Part shown: positions 1-14,039 of the stretch, piece after piece
Numbering within the stretch: the first letter of the stretch is position 1
Layout of the letters: the number at the start of each line of letters is the position of its first letter
NCBI RefSeq assembly: GCF_009914755.1
Contig: NC_060944.1
Direction: 5' to 3' (one strand)
Length of the DNA stretch: 64,000 nucleotides
Source of the DNA: the human T2T-CHM13v2.0 reference genome, Homo sapiens
The notes under the pieces: generated by a model
What the model was told of the DNA's origin: nothing
What the model saw: only the letters and a program-made list of their open reading frames with translations
Database searches by the model: none
Position numbers and translations under genes: made by a program

Positions 1-1111
1 AACCTGCATGCAAATGTTGACAGCCAAAACATGATAACTGCCAAAAACCAGAAGCAGCCAAGATACCCTTCAGTAGACGAATAAACTGAGGTACTTCCAT
101 ATAATGAAATAATGGAATATGATTTTGTGATAAACAGAAATGAACAAGCTCTCATGCCTCCAAAAATACACAGATGAATCTTCAATGCATATTGCTAAGT
201 GGAAGAAGCCCACCTAAAAAAGCTACATACTGTTATGATTCCAATTACATGATATTCTGGAAAAGGCAATAGAGACAGTAAACAGATCAGTGGTTGCCAG
301 AGATGGAAGGGTTGGAAGGGATGAGTAGTTGAGACACAGGATTTTTTTTTTCTTAAGAGCAGCGAAACTATTCTCTATATCATAATGGTGGATACATGGC
401 ATTGTGTATTTGTCGAAATTCATAGAACTTTACAGCAAACACACAAAAATCAATCTCAGGATATGAAAATGTAAATGATTCCATCCTGGGCATGCAGATT
501 GTGACAAAAAAATCTCATTGCATTACAAATGTAGGAAACCACCTTACTAAAGGGCATGAGGGTAAAGTGTTGATCCAAGCAGCTTTGGAAATGAGTGGAA
601 TCTATAAGACAAAGGCCAAAGGAAGTGCACATAAGCACTCTAATTGATAAAGTTGGTTCCCACGTGGCAGCTGGTTAACAATTCTGATACCATTATACAT
701 GTATATTGGAATTGAATAAGTAAAAGGATGGTGGGCGGTGAAATCCAGGTTTCACACTTTTGGAGTGGGAGTTTACAGGTAAACAGGAGGAAGTTAGAAT
801 GAAACGTGGTAATGGATTCAAGTTGAAGACATCAGTATGAATTCATGGTATGCTTAATGAAGAGATAGATGGATAAATCTATACACAGATTACTATCCAC
901 ATATATTCCCTTGCTGTGTCAGCTGAAAGCCTAAAAGTAGTGACACCATAGTAGCAATGAGTACACCAAGTGCCCAGAGCTTGGTTTCTAATAACATTCT
1001 CCAAGAAAAGGAAACAGGGCTCCTTGGAGAAGTGGTTCGATTCTAGGACTGGAGCAGGAAATATACACGATGAGGCCTGAGCATCTTGTATCAGAAAGTA
1101 AGGAAGTACAA

Positions 1112-1879
<768 letters not shown>

Positions 1880-2433
1880 TCAAGAGATAAAATAAATACC
1901 CAGGAGTCTACATCTTTAAATAAATAAATGATTAAATAAATAAGGGAGAACAGCCTTATCTCTGGCACAGAATTCCAGATAATTTATGGCAATACTCCAT
2001 CCACTCTCTACTCCTTAAGTGTGGGCTATTCATAGTAACTTCCTTTGAAGAAATACAGCACGGAAAGGGGAAAAAATAGTAACTTTACAGTGGAGAAACC
2101 AGACAAACACTCTCTGAGTCAGAAGATCAAGCTGACATCCACAGTTAAAAGTCATAAGAGTTTACATCCCTGGTATGTGATAAGAATGCACTTTACCTCT
2201 GATCTCCCTCTCAAAAACCCATAAGCCCAATTTAATCATGAGAAAAACTAAGAAAATCTGAATAAAATGTGGACTTGAGTTAATAGTTATATATCAATAT
2301 TGGTTCATTGAATGTGACAAATGTGCCATATTAATGCAAGATGTTAGTAGGAGAATTAGTAGGAAATTCAGTGTGGGGTATATGGGAACTCTCTGTACTG
2401 CCTTCACAATTTCTGTAAATCTAAAACTATCCT

Positions 2434-2560
2434 AGCCAGGCACAATGGTGTGCACCTGTAGTCCCAGCTACTCGGGAGGCTGAGGTGGAGAATCACTTGA
2501 GTCCAGCCTGGGCAACATAACAAGACCCTGTCCCTTTAAAAAAAATAAAATAAAATAAAA
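2434..2560 (+). mobile_element. Alu monomer/fragment
   Basis: Partial Alu with A tail. Confidence 0.8.
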
Positions 2561-2865
2561 ATTATTCTAAAATAAAACATCTATTAAAGAAAATGAGGGT
2601 GACTATCTATATACATTATATACATTTCCATAGAAAACAGCTGTGCAAACTAGGCACAAAAGCAGATACAACATTCTACCTGGTTCTAGACTTTATCTGT
2701 ACATATGGTACAACTAAGCTATTTTGATTTTTCCACTTCAAATATTTGATATTAAGCTATCCTTACGTCAAGACAAAACCCACTCTACTATGATGAAAGG
2801 TACATTGCTATGGAGGACAGGTATAAAGGAAACACAATTAGCCTGGACAATAAATGAACACTTAC

Positions 2866-3004
2866 AGTAGCAGTTCTCTGCTCATCAAACTTTGAAAGTT
2901 TCTGAAGTTCTCTATAAACTGTTCCAAGTGGTGCATATTCCAGAATTAGGTAGACTCTGGTAGCATCATGGAAATAACCATACAGTCTAAGAATATTAGG
3001 ATGC
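2866..3004 (-). CDS. AURKA: Aurora kinase A coding exon 5 (139 nt; [46 protein letters not shown]); gene continues beyond the left edge
   Basis: ttgcag|G CAT CCT AAT...GCT ACT|gtaag; ORF 2788..3048; hinge motif LEYA. Confidence 0.97.
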
Positions 3005-3316
3005 CTGCAACAAAGGATAAACATTCTAACACTTGGTTTGGAGCTCACAGAAGACTATGTACAAAATGTCAAACAAACTCTTCATGTAAAACCAGTGGTG
3101 TTTCACATGAAACCACACTCCAAACCCCACTTTAGAATCTGAAACTATAAACCCACTCCAAGAAAAATACATACACCCACATATCATTTTAAAAGCACTT
3201 CACAGTATTAATGGACCTCTGGTTTAGTTAAGACTATTTCCTTCCTTTAGGCACCTTTATTCTTAGGAGGAAAATTCAGCTGAATATTAATTATCTACAT
3301 ATTAAAAAAAGGACAT

Positions 3317-3679
<363 letters not shown>

Positions 3680-4417
3680 TCAGTAATGGCAGTAGATGGG
3701 TGCTGAGCAGACTGGGCAGGTGCAGACTGTGGCCAGCGGGAAGCAGGCAATGGGAAGCACAGCCCATGTGAGATGCCTGCCCCTCCCAGCCCCAGCCAGG
3801 TGTTGCCAGGCAGAGACACACCAGGCCTGATGTGGCCAGACTTGAAGTATTAGCATCTGATTCAAATTTGAAAAACACTGAAAGAAAAAAAGGAAAAACA
3901 AAAACCCACCAGCCGTAGTCAACCTGCAGGTAGCTGCTCGCAATTCCTGCATACCTCAGAATAAGGGGTGCCATTCCCCTTCACTGTCCACCAGAAAGAC
4001 TTGCCCATATAAACTATTCTATTAACAAAACATTAAATCCTCAAGTGATTTTTCCAGGATCAGAGCACTTAAGTGCTCTTTGAAAGATGACAAATTTAAT
4101 CATTTTTTGTGGTACTATGAAAAGCAGGCCCTCTAAAAAATAAATTTATACTTAAAAAAAAAAAAAGGAATACAATTTTATTTTAACATGCAGAGCATGG
4201 GAGAATCACAGGAGAATGCTTATAACCCAGTGCAGTACAGAAGCTTATCTAATCTTTTTCATAGGGGAGGGGGAGGTGAGGAACGGGGCCATGCATTTGA
4301 AGGCAGTGCCTCGTAAGAGGGAGTGAAGGGACCTGGGCAGTGGGAGGCTGACATTACAGGAGGGGGAGGGGTGCAGCATTGGTGAACATTCTTTTGAACA
4401 TGAACCTGAAAACTCAC

Positions 4418-4609
4418 CGAAGGTGGGACTGTATTTCTACTTCTCTTCTGAGCTGATGCTCCACTCCGGCTTTCTCCAGCTGAGCTTTAAATAACACTTT
4501 AAGAGCCAGAATAAACTTGCTTTGCTTTTCTCTTGCCAAATAAACATTACCAAACTTTCCTTTACCCAGAGGGCGACCAATTTCAAAGTCTTCCAAAGCC
4601 CACTGCCTC
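4418..4609 (-). CDS. AURKA: Aurora kinase A coding exon 4 (192 nt), kinase N-lobe with Gly-rich loop GKGKFG and ALK lysine
   Basis: cctag|G AGG CAG TGG GCT TTG GAA GAC...CTT CG|gtgag; ORF 4414..4596 [36 protein letters not shown]. Confidence 0.98.
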
Positions 4610-5702
4610 CTAGGAGGAATTTGAACACTTTAGAATGTGAAGAAAACAAAGCTTTTCTAACAAATTTTCAATGAGTAGCAGACACATTCTACAAATAATT
4701 TCGTATTCCAACTTCACTCAATATGCATCCTCAGCAAGAACCAAGGCAATAACCACTATCAAAGAGCTGCCACGACATGAAACCCTGACGTCCCTAGCTG
4801 CCGTCAGGTGTGAGAGTCAGTGACAAGGAGCAGTCTCGGGTTTTAGACCTGAAGCACTCTATGGGAAATGTCCCAAGCCCGTACTATGCTCAGAGGAACA
4901 GGGCCATGACAACGCTGAAGACCACAAAAAGGATAAGTGACCAGAGAGGGAGGAATGCTTCCAGACCATCTGGGGGCATGTTTCAAACTAACCCCAGCTG
5001 CTCCCTCCAGTCCCAGAGGTGCTAATTCTCTCTGGGTGGAGAACCACTCTGGTGGTGGAGACAGAGCCACTGTTACTAATGGAAGCGGGATGGAGCCCAC
5101 AGGCTAGCTGGGGCATGAGAACCAGTGGATTTAGACTCTTAGCCTCTGTTAGACCGCTAAAAGCAAAAGAGTCTGTGGGTTCATTCCTCGCTCCTCCCGG
5201 TACATTCTAGAGTCCAGATAGTTCAGAGACTGAGAGGAGGCTTTTAGAAAAGCCCTGGGGAAGACATTACAGCCAACCTTTACAATAAAGAACTAAAACT
5301 ATAATACTGTCAAAACCCTCAGTCATATATGAGTATATAGTTCTGCAACATATTCTATTTTTTAAAAACTTGCACTTTTGTACAATAAAAAAGTACAGAC
5401 GCATAAACCATATGTAGTGGTTATTTCTAAGGACAGAGAGGAACTTCCACACATTTCTATAAAAGATTCATACAAGCTTTTTCTAAATTTGAAAGCCATT
5501 TTTTAAAGCACTTGAGTTCCTAGTAAAATACCTCATTACACAAAATTCCATTTTTTTTAAGATTGGAAATCTGGAAACATTTATATCCTCTAAATGCAAA
5601 TAAAGGCCTCATTTTTTTCCCCAGAGTTCCCACAACGAAATTTGCAACGAAATAATATATTCTAGTAGAACAGTACAGAACTTTGTAAATAAGAAAGCTT
5701 AC

Positions 5703-5757
5703 TTTTTTGATTCTTCATTTTTCTGTTTTGATGCCAGTTCCTCCTCAGGATTATTTT
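5703..5757 (-). CDS. AURKA: Aurora kinase A coding exon 3 (55 nt; ENNPEEELASKQKNEESK)
   Basis: tag|AA AAT AAT CCT GAG GAG GAA CTG...TCA AAA AA|gtaagc; phases fit both neighbouring exons; too short for the ORF track. Confidence 0.95.
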
Positions 5758-6895
5758 CTATATGGAATAAGTTAAAAACCTGTTTTTAGAATAACTATAT
5801 AGGATAAGCTAAGCTGTGAATAGAGGTGAATCAAAGAATTGGTCACCAAAATATTAATGGTATGTCAAGAATGATAAATCTGTTTTTTTTTTTTAAAGTT
5901 TTCCTTATAGAAAAAAAGGACTACTACACCCTGACTTCCATCATGTGAAGCCTTTATAGAATTTCTAAAGATGAGCAGACGTATATATAGACAGGCCCTT
6001 CTCTGATAAATTAAAGGCAGACTATGCAGGCTCTTCTGAAGCCTCAGTTTCCAAAGAAGAGCTTTTGTGGCAGAAGTACCAATCTTCCCATGCATGACGA
6101 GCTGCCAACTCGTCACCTTTTTCCCCTTACTAGGTGGGCCAGCCAACAGTCCATACCCTACATACGAATTATCACCAACATGTAGCAAAACATAAGCCAG
6201 CCACCCTCCATTTATATTAGCTGCCAAGGGGAAATATAAAAATAAAAGCCACCAATTCAGCAAAATGCACAATGAACAGTTGTGCAGCAGAGGACTGGGG
6301 TAACTATTTCATCAGCCACAAGGACATATGAAACATTTCCACTGGTCTGTCTCCAACATAGCAAACTCGAACAGCACACAATGCTCTGCTCAGATATCTG
6401 GATGCTGGTCCAAACTCTTCCTCCAGATGCCCCTGTCACATGTGCACCCCTCAACCCCCAGGACACTCACTCAATTAATATCAATCTAATCACCATCCCT
6501 AACTCCTCTTTATTCATCTTTCAGGTACAATTTATTGCCCAGTTCTAATGAGTCTGCATCGTAAATGAGCTCTCAAATTTGTGTGCACCTCTCCATCCTG
6601 GCTTGTCTTTGGATAAGTTAACTGCTTCTGAGTCTTAGCTTCCTCCTCTGTAAAACTGAGTTAATAACTGGCTACCTTCATGAAGTGGTTACGAAGATTG
6701 AAAGAGATGACGTGGATGAAGCACGCACTTATCTCAGAGCCTGCAGGGAATGAGCACTCAACAGTTGGTAAATAATTGCATCCACTCTGCTCCACACAGA
6801 GCAGGTTATTGCCATCTCTGACCTCAACCTCCTTCCTGTCTGGTACTCCTAAATCCAGCGTTCTACTCCAATTTATTCAGTACTTCCACAGTAAA

Positions 6896-7230
<335 letters not shown>

Positions 7231-7689
7231 TGAGTTCAAAAAAGCTTCAGTAGCTTCCAAATGCCCTAGAGATGAGGCCCCATTCCTTAACATGGCCAGC
7301 AATGCCCATGGTGACCTCACCGCAGCCTGCCTCAGTTCACCCACTTCTCTGGATTTCCCCCACACTTTAGATCTCAGTCCCTTCAAGTCACTTACTGCAA
7401 GCACCCTACATCCAGACTCAGTAACAAGCAATCAAAAGGACACCAATTTGTGCTGTGTCCTCCCTGGGTGCCCAACTCTTCCAAGAGGGTGAGAATCAGG
7501 TCTGTATTTTTAGCATAGGTCTGGCCCATGGGCAGACACTGTTACTTCAACCCAGACACCATATTTTCTCCCCATCCTCAACAGATATAAAAGCTAAGGC
7601 TCCAAACAATAAGTGCAAGTATATACACTGGCTTTTTTAGCAACGACGACAAAGAAGGACTATCCAATGAGTCTCAAAAGCTAGTTTAC

Positions 7690-7966
7690 CAGGTGCCGAT
7701 GGCAGGGGCTGCTTGCTCTTTTGGGTGTTATTCAGTGGCCTGGAGACAGGATGAGGTACACTGGTTGCCTGCAATTGCTTCTGCTTCTGATTCTGAACCG
7801 GCTTGTGACTGGAGACAAGCTTTTGTGCTTGCAAAGGAACGCGCTGGGAAGAATTTGAAGGACACAAGACCCGCTGAGCCTGGCCACTATTTACAGGTAA
7901 TGGATTCTGACAAGGAAATTGCTGAGTCACGAGAACACGTTTTGGACCTCCAACTGGAGCTGTAGC
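7690..7966 (-). CDS. AURKA: Aurora kinase A coding exon 2 (277 nt), N-terminal regulatory region with A-box QRVL; F31/V57 alleles
   Basis: ctag|GCT ACA GCT CCA...GCA CCT G|gtaaac; ORF 7637..7930 gives [36 protein letters not shown]... Confidence 0.97.
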
Positions 7967-8586
7967 CTAGAATGGAAGAGAAAATAAACTTTCTGGCATT
8001 CATGAAAGCAAAAGATGAATATATTGAGAATTTCACAAAGTTTGTTCTCTAGTATAGCAAAATAATGAATGTCACTGATAAGAGATGGAAGGTGAAAAGG
8101 TATTTTAATCAGTACCTCCAGAGGATAGTTAGTATGTGGCTAAGAATACCTGAATGATACCTTCTATCCCCTCCAATTCCTCACCCCTAAAAATCATGCT
8201 TTATTAACAAATATCCATTAATGAAGGAGACACTTTCTAAAATTTCTCAATAATTTGGAAATAGACACTACATTGCTATTTGGCAAAAAGCTATGATACA
8301 AAAACTTTATGCCAAAATCTCAGTTCCATTGAAATTTCTTTGATAATATACGTTTAAGAAAAAGACCAAAAAAAAATACGTCAAAACGTTCAACAGTGGT
8401 ATTATCTTCATGAAGTTTTAGAAGAGTCTAAGTTTTCATATATCGAAGATTTTCCACAATAAGCTTATTACTGTACTATTGATTAACCAATGTTTCATTT
8501 TCCAAGTATTGACAAAATGGAATTGAGCAAAAAACTGACAAAGAGGAAACAAATGTAGACACTTCACAAAGTTACTACTAAAATGT

Positions 8587-8884
8587 ATTATTATTATTAT
8601 TTTTGAGATGGAGTCTTGCTCTGTCACCCAGACTGGAGTGCAGTGGCATGATCTCGGCTCACTGCAACCTCTGCCTCCCAGGTTCAAGCAATTCTCTGCC
8701 TCAGCCTCCCAAGCAGCTGGGACGACAGGCGCCTGCCACCACGCCTGGCTAATTTTTTGTATTTTTAGTAGAAACAGGGTTTCACCATCTTGGCCAGGCC
8801 GGTCTTGAACTCCTGACCTTGTGATCCACTCTCCTTGGTCTCCCAAAGTGCTGGGATTACAGGCGTGAGCCACCGCGCCCAGCC
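8587..8884 (-). mobile_element. Alu
   Basis: Antisense Alu with (TTA)n tail. Confidence 0.9.
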
Positions 8885-9526
8885 TTGAAATGTATTATTT
8901 ATACGCCTGTAAGTACTGTATTACAACCTTAAATTGTTAAGTTAACTCTAACACCCTCAGCTAATCAAACTAAAAGGGGTAGGAGGGATGAGATTTCCTT
9001 CAGCTTCAACAGCTCATTGTAAGTGAGGGACAAGTGCTAGAAATGAAAGCCTCAAAGTCCATCCCCAGCTCAACGGTATGAGTGCTCTACAAAGAGAGGG
9101 TGTTAAGACTTCCAAATACAAAGTCAGTTACTCCTGAAATTAGCACACGGTCCACAACGCAGCAGGCATTCAGACAAAGACAAATAAAAAGAAACATTTT
9201 AAATATAGAGCAATTTTTTAAATGGCCGTTATCATAGGAACTTAGAATCAAATACAGTAATTCAAGGTAGCCTTTTTCTAATTATTTTATATTTATGGCC
9301 AATTTTAAAAGTTTTGAACTCCTGCCAGATGCATTATTACTATTATCCTGCATACAGTGGAGGGATATAGAAACTTAAGCAGCCGATTATAAGACAAAGC
9401 AGAACAAAAAAGCTACTCTAAGAAGCAGCAAAATGTTACTGAACACGAGAAAAGTGACTAATTCATATCCAGGATCACAGTAAGGGATCTAAATTTAAAT
9501 CCAAAGTAAAGGCGGAAAGAATTCCC

Positions 9527-9648
9527 GACAAGACCAACCTCCATGTGGGTTTATAAATGTGAATGAGATTACAGATTATTCAATTTAGACAAGACCAACC
9601 TCCATGTGGGTTTATAAATGTGAATGAGATTACAGATTATTCAATTTA
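9527..9648. repeat. Perfect 61-bp tandem duplication (9527-9587, 9588-9648)
   Basis: gacaagaccaacctccatgtgggtttataaatgtgaatgagattacagattattcaattta occurs twice, identical. Confidence 0.97.
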
Positions 9649-9649
9649 C

Positions 9650-9691
9650 CTTAACAGGTCCTGAAATGCAGTTTTCTTTAGATCGGTCCAT
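9650..9691 (-). CDS. AURKA: Aurora kinase A, first coding exon (MDRSKENCISGPVK, aa 1-14, includes KEN motif); full exon 9650-9696
   Basis: Reverse complement reads ttttcag|GCATC ATG GAC CGA TCT AAA GAA AAC ... GTT AAG|gtaaat; matches the Aurora-A N-terminus. Confidence 0.97.
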
Positions 9692-9959
9692 GATGCCTGA
9701 AAAGAAAAAGAAGAACCTTTAATTTGAACAAAGCCACCTGCTTAAAGTGCTGTTGCTCGATAGGCAGCGTTACAGTTCCCCAATCAAAAGGCCTCCACAA
9801 CACACCGGATTTTACATGTTTTGTCCAAATGAAGCTAATGAGGGAGGGACAGGCATGTGCTTTCCCTGCAAGGCCAACCTCCCCTTGGGCACTGCGTCCC
9901 ATCCTCTGTCACGGAGTCTTCACTCCTGATGGTCTTGCTGCTCCATCATCTCTCCTCTA

Positions 9960-10330
<371 letters not shown>

Positions 10331-10339
10331 CCTCTTTAT

Positions 10340-11790
10340 TCTATTATCGTTGCTAACAATGACCCCCTCCTCTCCAACAGCAAAGCTCCAGAAGAACCGT
10401 CCACACTTGCCACCTCTACTGCTCCTCTCCCCTCCCCTGAGCCCATCCCCACCTGGCTTTTTTGTCTCCACCACATTGTCAGGCTCATGGCTGACACCTA
10501 CTGCTGCCAAACCCAAGGGTCAATTCCACCTTCCCCGTACTTGCATCCTCAGCAGAATCTGACAAGGTTGATCACATCTTACACTTTTTTCTTCACTTCA
10601 CTTCCAGGTTTATCTACCACCTAGTCGTCCTGTCTTTCCCTCCTTGCTGGGTCAGTCTCATTTTTGCCAGATCAAGGGTCTGGGGTGACTCAAGAACGAG
10701 TCCCTGGACCCTCCACTTCTCCATCTACACCTTCACCAGGGATCCATATCACCCAGTGCCTCAGCTCTAAATGCCTTCATGAGGACCACTCAAAGTGCAT
10801 CTTCTGCCCTAGTCTCTCCTTGGACTGTCAGACTTGGATATCCAAGGATTTGCCCAGGATCTCCCAAAAATGTATGCCAGGCACCTCAATCCTAACATAT
10901 CCAAAACTGAACCTCTTCCCTTCTCCACTTCTCACCTCCCTGTTCATGGGTGTGCCCTGAGCTCAGGCCTAGAATGACTTCTCCATCTCCAATTACTCCC
11001 TAGCCGAGTACATCCAGTCTCTTTGCTTTCAGTACCATCTACAGGCTGAGGACTCCCAAATATTCATTCTTCAGCCCAGACCTCTCCCCTGAACTCTTGA
11101 TCTACATTTTCTACTTTCTATGCAACATCTGCACCTGATTATCTGAGCGGCATCTCCATTCTAACATGTCCCAAACAGAAGTCCTAATCTCTCCCCACTC
11201 TCACCTCCCCAAATCTAGTCTCTAGACATCCTCATCTCAGTGCATGGCAAACCCATCCTGTCAGTTGCTCAGGCCAAAAGCCTTGGCATAATAACCCTTT
11301 ACGAGGTTCTCTCTCGCAAACCCTTCATTTAATCCACCAGCATATTCTGTAGGCTCTGCCTTCAAGATCACTGCTCACCACCTCTACTACTACCACCTGG
11401 TCAAACCATTATTCTCTCTCCCTTGAGTTTTTTCCAACAGCCTCCCAATGGCCTCCCCACTTCCACCCTTACCCTGTCATGGTCCATTCTTAACACTGAG
11501 GCCGGCAATCTCATTAACAAATCAGATGTGTTGATCCTCAGTTCAGAAGACCCCCATGGCTCCCAACTCAATCAAAACAATGCAAACTCCTAACCTGCAT
11601 AGACAGGCCTATTGAAGTCTCACAGAACATGGACCCTAACTACCTCTCTGACTTCATCTCCTCTTCTTGTCAACCGTGTACCAGCCACACAAGGCTTTCT
11701 TTCTGCAAATAAGTCCCCTGCCATAAGCATTTGCACTTCTTGCTCCCTTTATTACGCTTTTCCCCCAGGTGTGTAGTTCAGTCTTTCATT
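10340..11790 (+). mobile_element. LINE-2 remnants (two overlapping fragments of the same ORF2 region)
   Basis: L2 hallmark phrase appears twice (ctaacatatccaaaactgaac ~10892; ctaacatgtcccaaacagaag ~11161) in C/T-rich context. Confidence 0.65.
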
Positions 11791-11803
11791 TCACTGAGGT
11801 TTC

Positions 11804-12100
11804 TTTTTTTTTTTTTTTGAGATAGAGTTTGCTCTTGTTGCCCAGGCTGGAGTGCAATGGCGCAATCTCGGCTCACCCGCAACCTCCACCTCCTGGGTTC
11901 AAGCAATTCTCCTGCCTCAGCCTCCAGAGTAGCTGGGATTACAGACATGCACCACCACGCCCAGCTGATTTTGTATTTTTAGTAGAGACAGGGTTTCTCT
12001 ATGTTGGTAGGGCTGGTCTGGAACTCCCGACCTCAGGTGATCCACCCACCTCGGCCTCCGAAAATGCTGGGATTACGGGCATGAGCCACCGCGCCCGGCC
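11804..12100 (-). mobile_element. Alu, TSD ttcactga(g/a)gtttctt; provides the donor of the AURKA 5'UTR exon
   Basis: Antisense full dimer. Confidence 0.92.
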
Positions 12101-12159
12101 TTCACTGAAGTTTCTTATCAAATATCCCCGCACTCTGGCCTGGGCAATGGAGTGAGACC
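12050..12159 (-). other. AURKA: AURKA alternative Alu-derived 5'UTR cassette exon (110 nt)
   Basis: Acceptor ttttttgagacag|GGTCTCAC from an antisense Alu tail; donor GGCCGAG|gtgggt inside a sense Alu; matches my recollection of AURKA mRNA variant 5'UTRs. Confidence 0.75.
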
Positions 12160-12177
12160 CTGTCTCAAAAAAAAAAA
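12130..12177 (+). mobile_element. Short Alu 3'-end fragment; provides the acceptor of the AURKA 5'UTR exon
   Basis: gcactctggcctgggcaatggagtgagaccctgtctc followed by A tail. Confidence 0.8.
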
Positions 12178-12839
12178 TTAAGATTACCATTTTACAATTA
12201 AGCAAATAATTCCATGATGAAGCCAGGCCCAGACTACAGGCTGGAGCCCTTATAAAAAAACAGTGGGTAAGTAAAAGTTGATAAACAGCAACAAGGAAAT
12301 GCACACTTGTGTTAATCAAATATTTAATTTCACACATGCTCTAATGCTTTACTTCCCTTACAATTCTAAGTAGCAGTCTAATGAGATCACATAGGCCTAA
12401 CAACATTTATTCAACATTCTTCTGAGAGAAGCTACAGGCATTTGCTCCAATTTATTCTACCTTTCTTTCTAGGGAAATTGAATAACAAGCAGAATGGAAT
12501 AAGATTCTAATCCAGAATTCTGGAGACAACGCCAAGGAGACTGCCCTTCAGGTGACTCTAATCTGCAACCAGATTGAAGAACCAGATGACTTTCACAGGA
12601 TCCATTCAGTTCAAACCAGAAGTCCTACTATTTTGAATAGAAAAGCTGTTAGGCTAATAGCGCAGGAGGTTTATACGGTTTATTCCTTCCTCCCTCAGAC
12701 CTGTGCATGTCTGCAGAGATGAAGGGAAGGACGAACTGAGTAGGTTGCTGAAAAACGTTTAATTCAAGGGACAAGGAAGGTTACGGAAGAGGAAGAGACA
12801 TTACGAGAGTTAAGGACAGTGGCTACGTCTACCTCAGCC

Positions 12840-13100
12840 GGATGGTTCTTAGAAATGGAGACTCTGAGGCCTAACCCCAGGTCTAAGAAAACAGATTCTG
12901 CATTTTAACGTCCCCAGACGATTTGTATGCACCGGTCTGCATCCCTAGTTCTCAATGAAACCTAAGAATCATCTGGAGAGTTTGTTAATAACTAGACACC
13001 TGGGTCCTACCCCTCAGAGATTCTGATTTACCGGGCTCTCGGTGGAGCTATATGTTTAACAAGCACTGCAAGTTATCCCGGTACAACTGCTCCAAGGTCT
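12840..13100. mobile_element. MER5-like hAT-Charlie DNA transposon fragments
   Basis: ctgcattttaacgtccccagacgatt; gaatcatctggagagtttgttaa...cctcagagattctgattta. Confidence 0.55.
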
Positions 13101-13436
13101 ACGGTCTGAGAAGTACGGACCGGGAAGGCCTCTGCAAGGAGGTTCTCATTCATCAATTCACCCACTCATCCAGCCAGGACAAGGGCCTTCTTAGGCTATT
13201 CTATCTAAAGCGGCCCCCGTTAAACCGCACTCCTGCTTTTCCTCTGTAACACCCACCCCAGCTGCAAGTTCTCCGTACGCTTACCGTCTGTCTCCCCACC
13301 CACTAGAACGTGAACTCCAACACAGCAGAGACCTTCTGTGCTTTTCTTACCCAGGTGATCTCGGAGGACAAAATCCAATCTGAAGCCCACCCACCCCTCC
13401 CGCGCATGTCAACACCACTCAACAAACCCCTTGTAC

Positions 13437-13790
13437 CTCTAGCTGTAATAAGTAACAAGCAGTATCCTACAGGGCGCCTCGGTGCCCAGGAGCGGATGCA
13501 AAGGCGCTGGGCGGGCACAAGGCAGCGCCAAGGACACTCAGGGACGGAGGAACCGACAGGGGACTTGACGCTCCGCCACTCCGACCAGCCGCCCCTTGTC
13601 CCCGCCGTCCTCGTCCGCCACTGAGATATCCCCCACGGTCTACCCACCCGTCGGCTCCCACCTGCGACCCAAGGACCCAAGTCTTCCAAGAGCTCAGCCG
13701 TTAGAATTCAAAGGTTCTTCTTTTTAAATAGGAGTTAAACCCTCTAGCTAGAAAGCCGATTGGCCTGCGCTCGAGCGAGGCTGCCTTGTG
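13437..13790 (-). other. AURKA: AURKA non-coding first exon region with alternative 5' splice donors
   Basis: Donors on minus strand: CGCAG|gtggga (13662), CTAGAG|gtacaa (13437); further candidates CTGG|gtaag (13351) and GACG|gtaagc (13285); TSS approximate. Confidence 0.75.
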
Positions 13791-14039
13791 ATTGGTTGAC
13801 AACAAACCCGACGCCTTGAGTCGCGTTTAAGGGCGCACACCGCGCGCAGGCGCACTTGCTCCCTAAGAACCCGGAAGTGGTGGAGCCAACGGCCAGCCAG
13901 ACCTGTGGCAGTCCCAGCCCCAGGGTGCTCTCCGCGGTCGGCCATTTATCGGTGAAGCAACAGCCCCTTGACGTCAAGCTTGACGCATTGGAGATAAAGT
14001 CCGAGGAGGTGAACTAACCTTTGAACGTGCCAGTAAGTA

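Noticed and set aside
4062-4079. Perfect 18-bp palindrome AGAGCACTTAAGTGCTCT in an AURKA intron
   Set aside because: About 0.25 such palindromes are expected by chance in 64 kb (64000/4^9); no supporting context
5865-6272. 135-aa intronic ORF on the AURKA strand
   Set aside because: No homology, and the AURKA exon chain is complete without it
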